This document shows positions 62,055-64,000 of a stretch of 64,000 nucleotides of DNA, piece by piece. Numbering within the stretch: the first letter of the stretch is position 1; each line of letters begins with the position of its first letter. Origin of the DNA: Lytechinus pictus (taxonomy: Eukaryota); the NCBI RefSeq assembly GCF_037042905.1, contig NC_087245.1:6822001-6886000 (forward strand), read 5' to 3'. The position numbers were made by a program, and so were the translations under genes. The notes beneath the pieces were generated by a model. The model saw only the letters and a list, made by a program, of their open reading frames with translations, had not been told where the DNA came from and did not search any database.

Positions 62055-64000
62055 TTTTTCAAATCTTAAGACCCATTAGGGCGATTCCATGCTAGAAAAT
62101 CAGCCATTTTCACACAAAAAATCAACCTGCTGTCCAATCAAACGATGATCTTCAATTTGGTTTGTGGTAATAATAAAGTACTACTGGGTGTAAAAACATG
62201 TCGTCCATGGGTGAATTAGAGGTGAAAATGTTGCGTGTCGTACGGGACATTTCTGAGTCCCGTACGACACATTTTCACCTTTAATTCACCCATAACTAAA
62301 GATTTTTTGATTGGTTATCAGTTTTTCAAATGACTGCCCATTATAACTTTACCATTGACAAAAAAGAGAACATTTTATTGCTCAAGCTTACAGCTAAGAG
62401 GCTATACATGTTTTATATGAGCTCACAGAGCTGGGATGGGGTAGTACAATTAAGCTACCCCTCCATAAATAATGACGACATCAAAACAAAAATAGGAATA
62501 ATTGATAACATAAATTAGACTTATATCAATAAATTATGCAGAAATTTTTTTTTTCTTTATTTAACAGAAATTAACTTCAGGTATGCAAAAATGGTTATTG
62601 TCATAGATGATGTCTAGACGAATAAACAAAAAGTTACTGAAACGATTTTACATAAATAATAAAAGATAACATTCATTTTCTCAAATGAGGAAAGAAGAGC
62701 CAAATATTCTTCGTCTGAGGCATGCATTATGACGGAGCCAAAATAATATAAAAGTATAGGACATGCGTGCTACCTCGTGTGACCCGCCATGCCCGTATAT
62801 ATAGTGTATAATAAATAGCGAACGGCGAATATCGTATACTTCGATATGAACTCAGCCTTGATGAACGAATGACCGACTTGACATTAAAGTGATTTTCTTG
62901 GATGTGTGTGTATAAACTATAACCAAAAATTTGATGAGCAAACAAGCAATGTCATGTACAGATAATGCTTCGATTTGTTTGTATCGCGTATTTTTTTTTA
63001 GATCAAAGTCACATATCAATTAATATTAATTCAAAACACACACGAACAATTATGCGTCATTTTACGATGTAAGATAATGCTGCATTATAAAAAAGTAATC
63101 AATCATAATGTCATAATCTGTTTACTTGTTTATAGACATGATATATATATATATATATATATGATGAATATTCAACAACAATTATAAACGACAACAAGTT
63201 TTAAGTCAGATATGTTTTAAACATCCTCACTATCTTTCTTGCACAAGTTTTGTACATGTCAATGTTTTTATTTTGTATATTCTGTACATAAGAAGAATTT
63301 TATATTACCAGCTTACAGAGGATATTTTTTTTCTTCTACTGTCGATATCATTTATGGATAAGAGTCTCCCGTTATTACTACAAATATGGACAATGTGTTT
63401 CGTATCGACTTGATTAAATGAATTACTATACACTATATGAAGGTTTCTCCATAAAAAATGAAAAATTCCCGCAGCATAGTCTCTATAGCCATTGTAATCT
63501 TACAAGGGCGTAGGCTGGGGGTGCACTAGGGCAGAGGATTTCTGACATTGGCAAGCAAAATGAAATTTATACCCTTTCTTCTGCTTTCAACATTGATTTT
63601 CCGAACTTAAGTTCCACCTCCCATGATGTACATTTCCCCATGCTTAAACAAGCACTGTCTTACTGCACGGTGTAATCTTACAAGCATTGTGTAAAATTAT
63701 AGAAAATTGGTTGATGTATGAAACATTTCATGTTATTTTTTTCCTTTTTTGAAACAGACAATATTATGATAAATTGAAGAAAATTTCTTGTTATAACAAT
63801 CTACAGATTGAATCTTTTTCTGTAACATTTTTGTAAAAATAATTTGAGTGTAAAATCTTCTGTTTTTTTTAATGTGTACTCCCTCATGCCATTGTAAAAG
63901 TACAATAAAAATTAATAATGTGAGAAACTGGAGTTCGTTAGTCTGTTCTAAGTTGTCATGCTGTTTATAGTAATAAGGTATACTTTACACAAGGAGACTG

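Overview
AT-rich, repeat-dense animal genomic DNA, most likely a sea urchin or other marine deuterostome (inferred from repeat content and gene type, not provable here). It holds a cluster of three intron-containing organic-anion-transporting-polypeptide genes (SLCO/OATP, closest to the SLCO4 subfamily). Gene A is on the minus strand and its 3' half runs off the left edge. Gene B (minus) is complete, with 11 coding exons and about 717 aa. Gene C (plus) is complete, with 11 coding exons and about 740 aa, and lies head-to-head with B. All exons were read by hand; they have GT-AG boundaries and matching intron phases. Introns and intergenic DNA contain a CR1/L2-type LINE fragment, tRNA-derived SINEs, TTAA-, 8-bp- and 9-bp-TSD MITEs, Helentron-like tandem elements and microsatellites. 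The most notable oddities are: a TIR-bounded element carrying a Pol III tRNA-like unit with a TCA anticodon; an inverted pair of Penelope-type hammerhead-like motifs; tiny CAT...ATG insertions between 7-bp direct repeats that resemble P-type excision footprints; several candidate alternative first exons for gene A; and paralog-specific changes (endolysosomal sorting motifs in B, His/Gln swap at the TM3 pH-sensor position).
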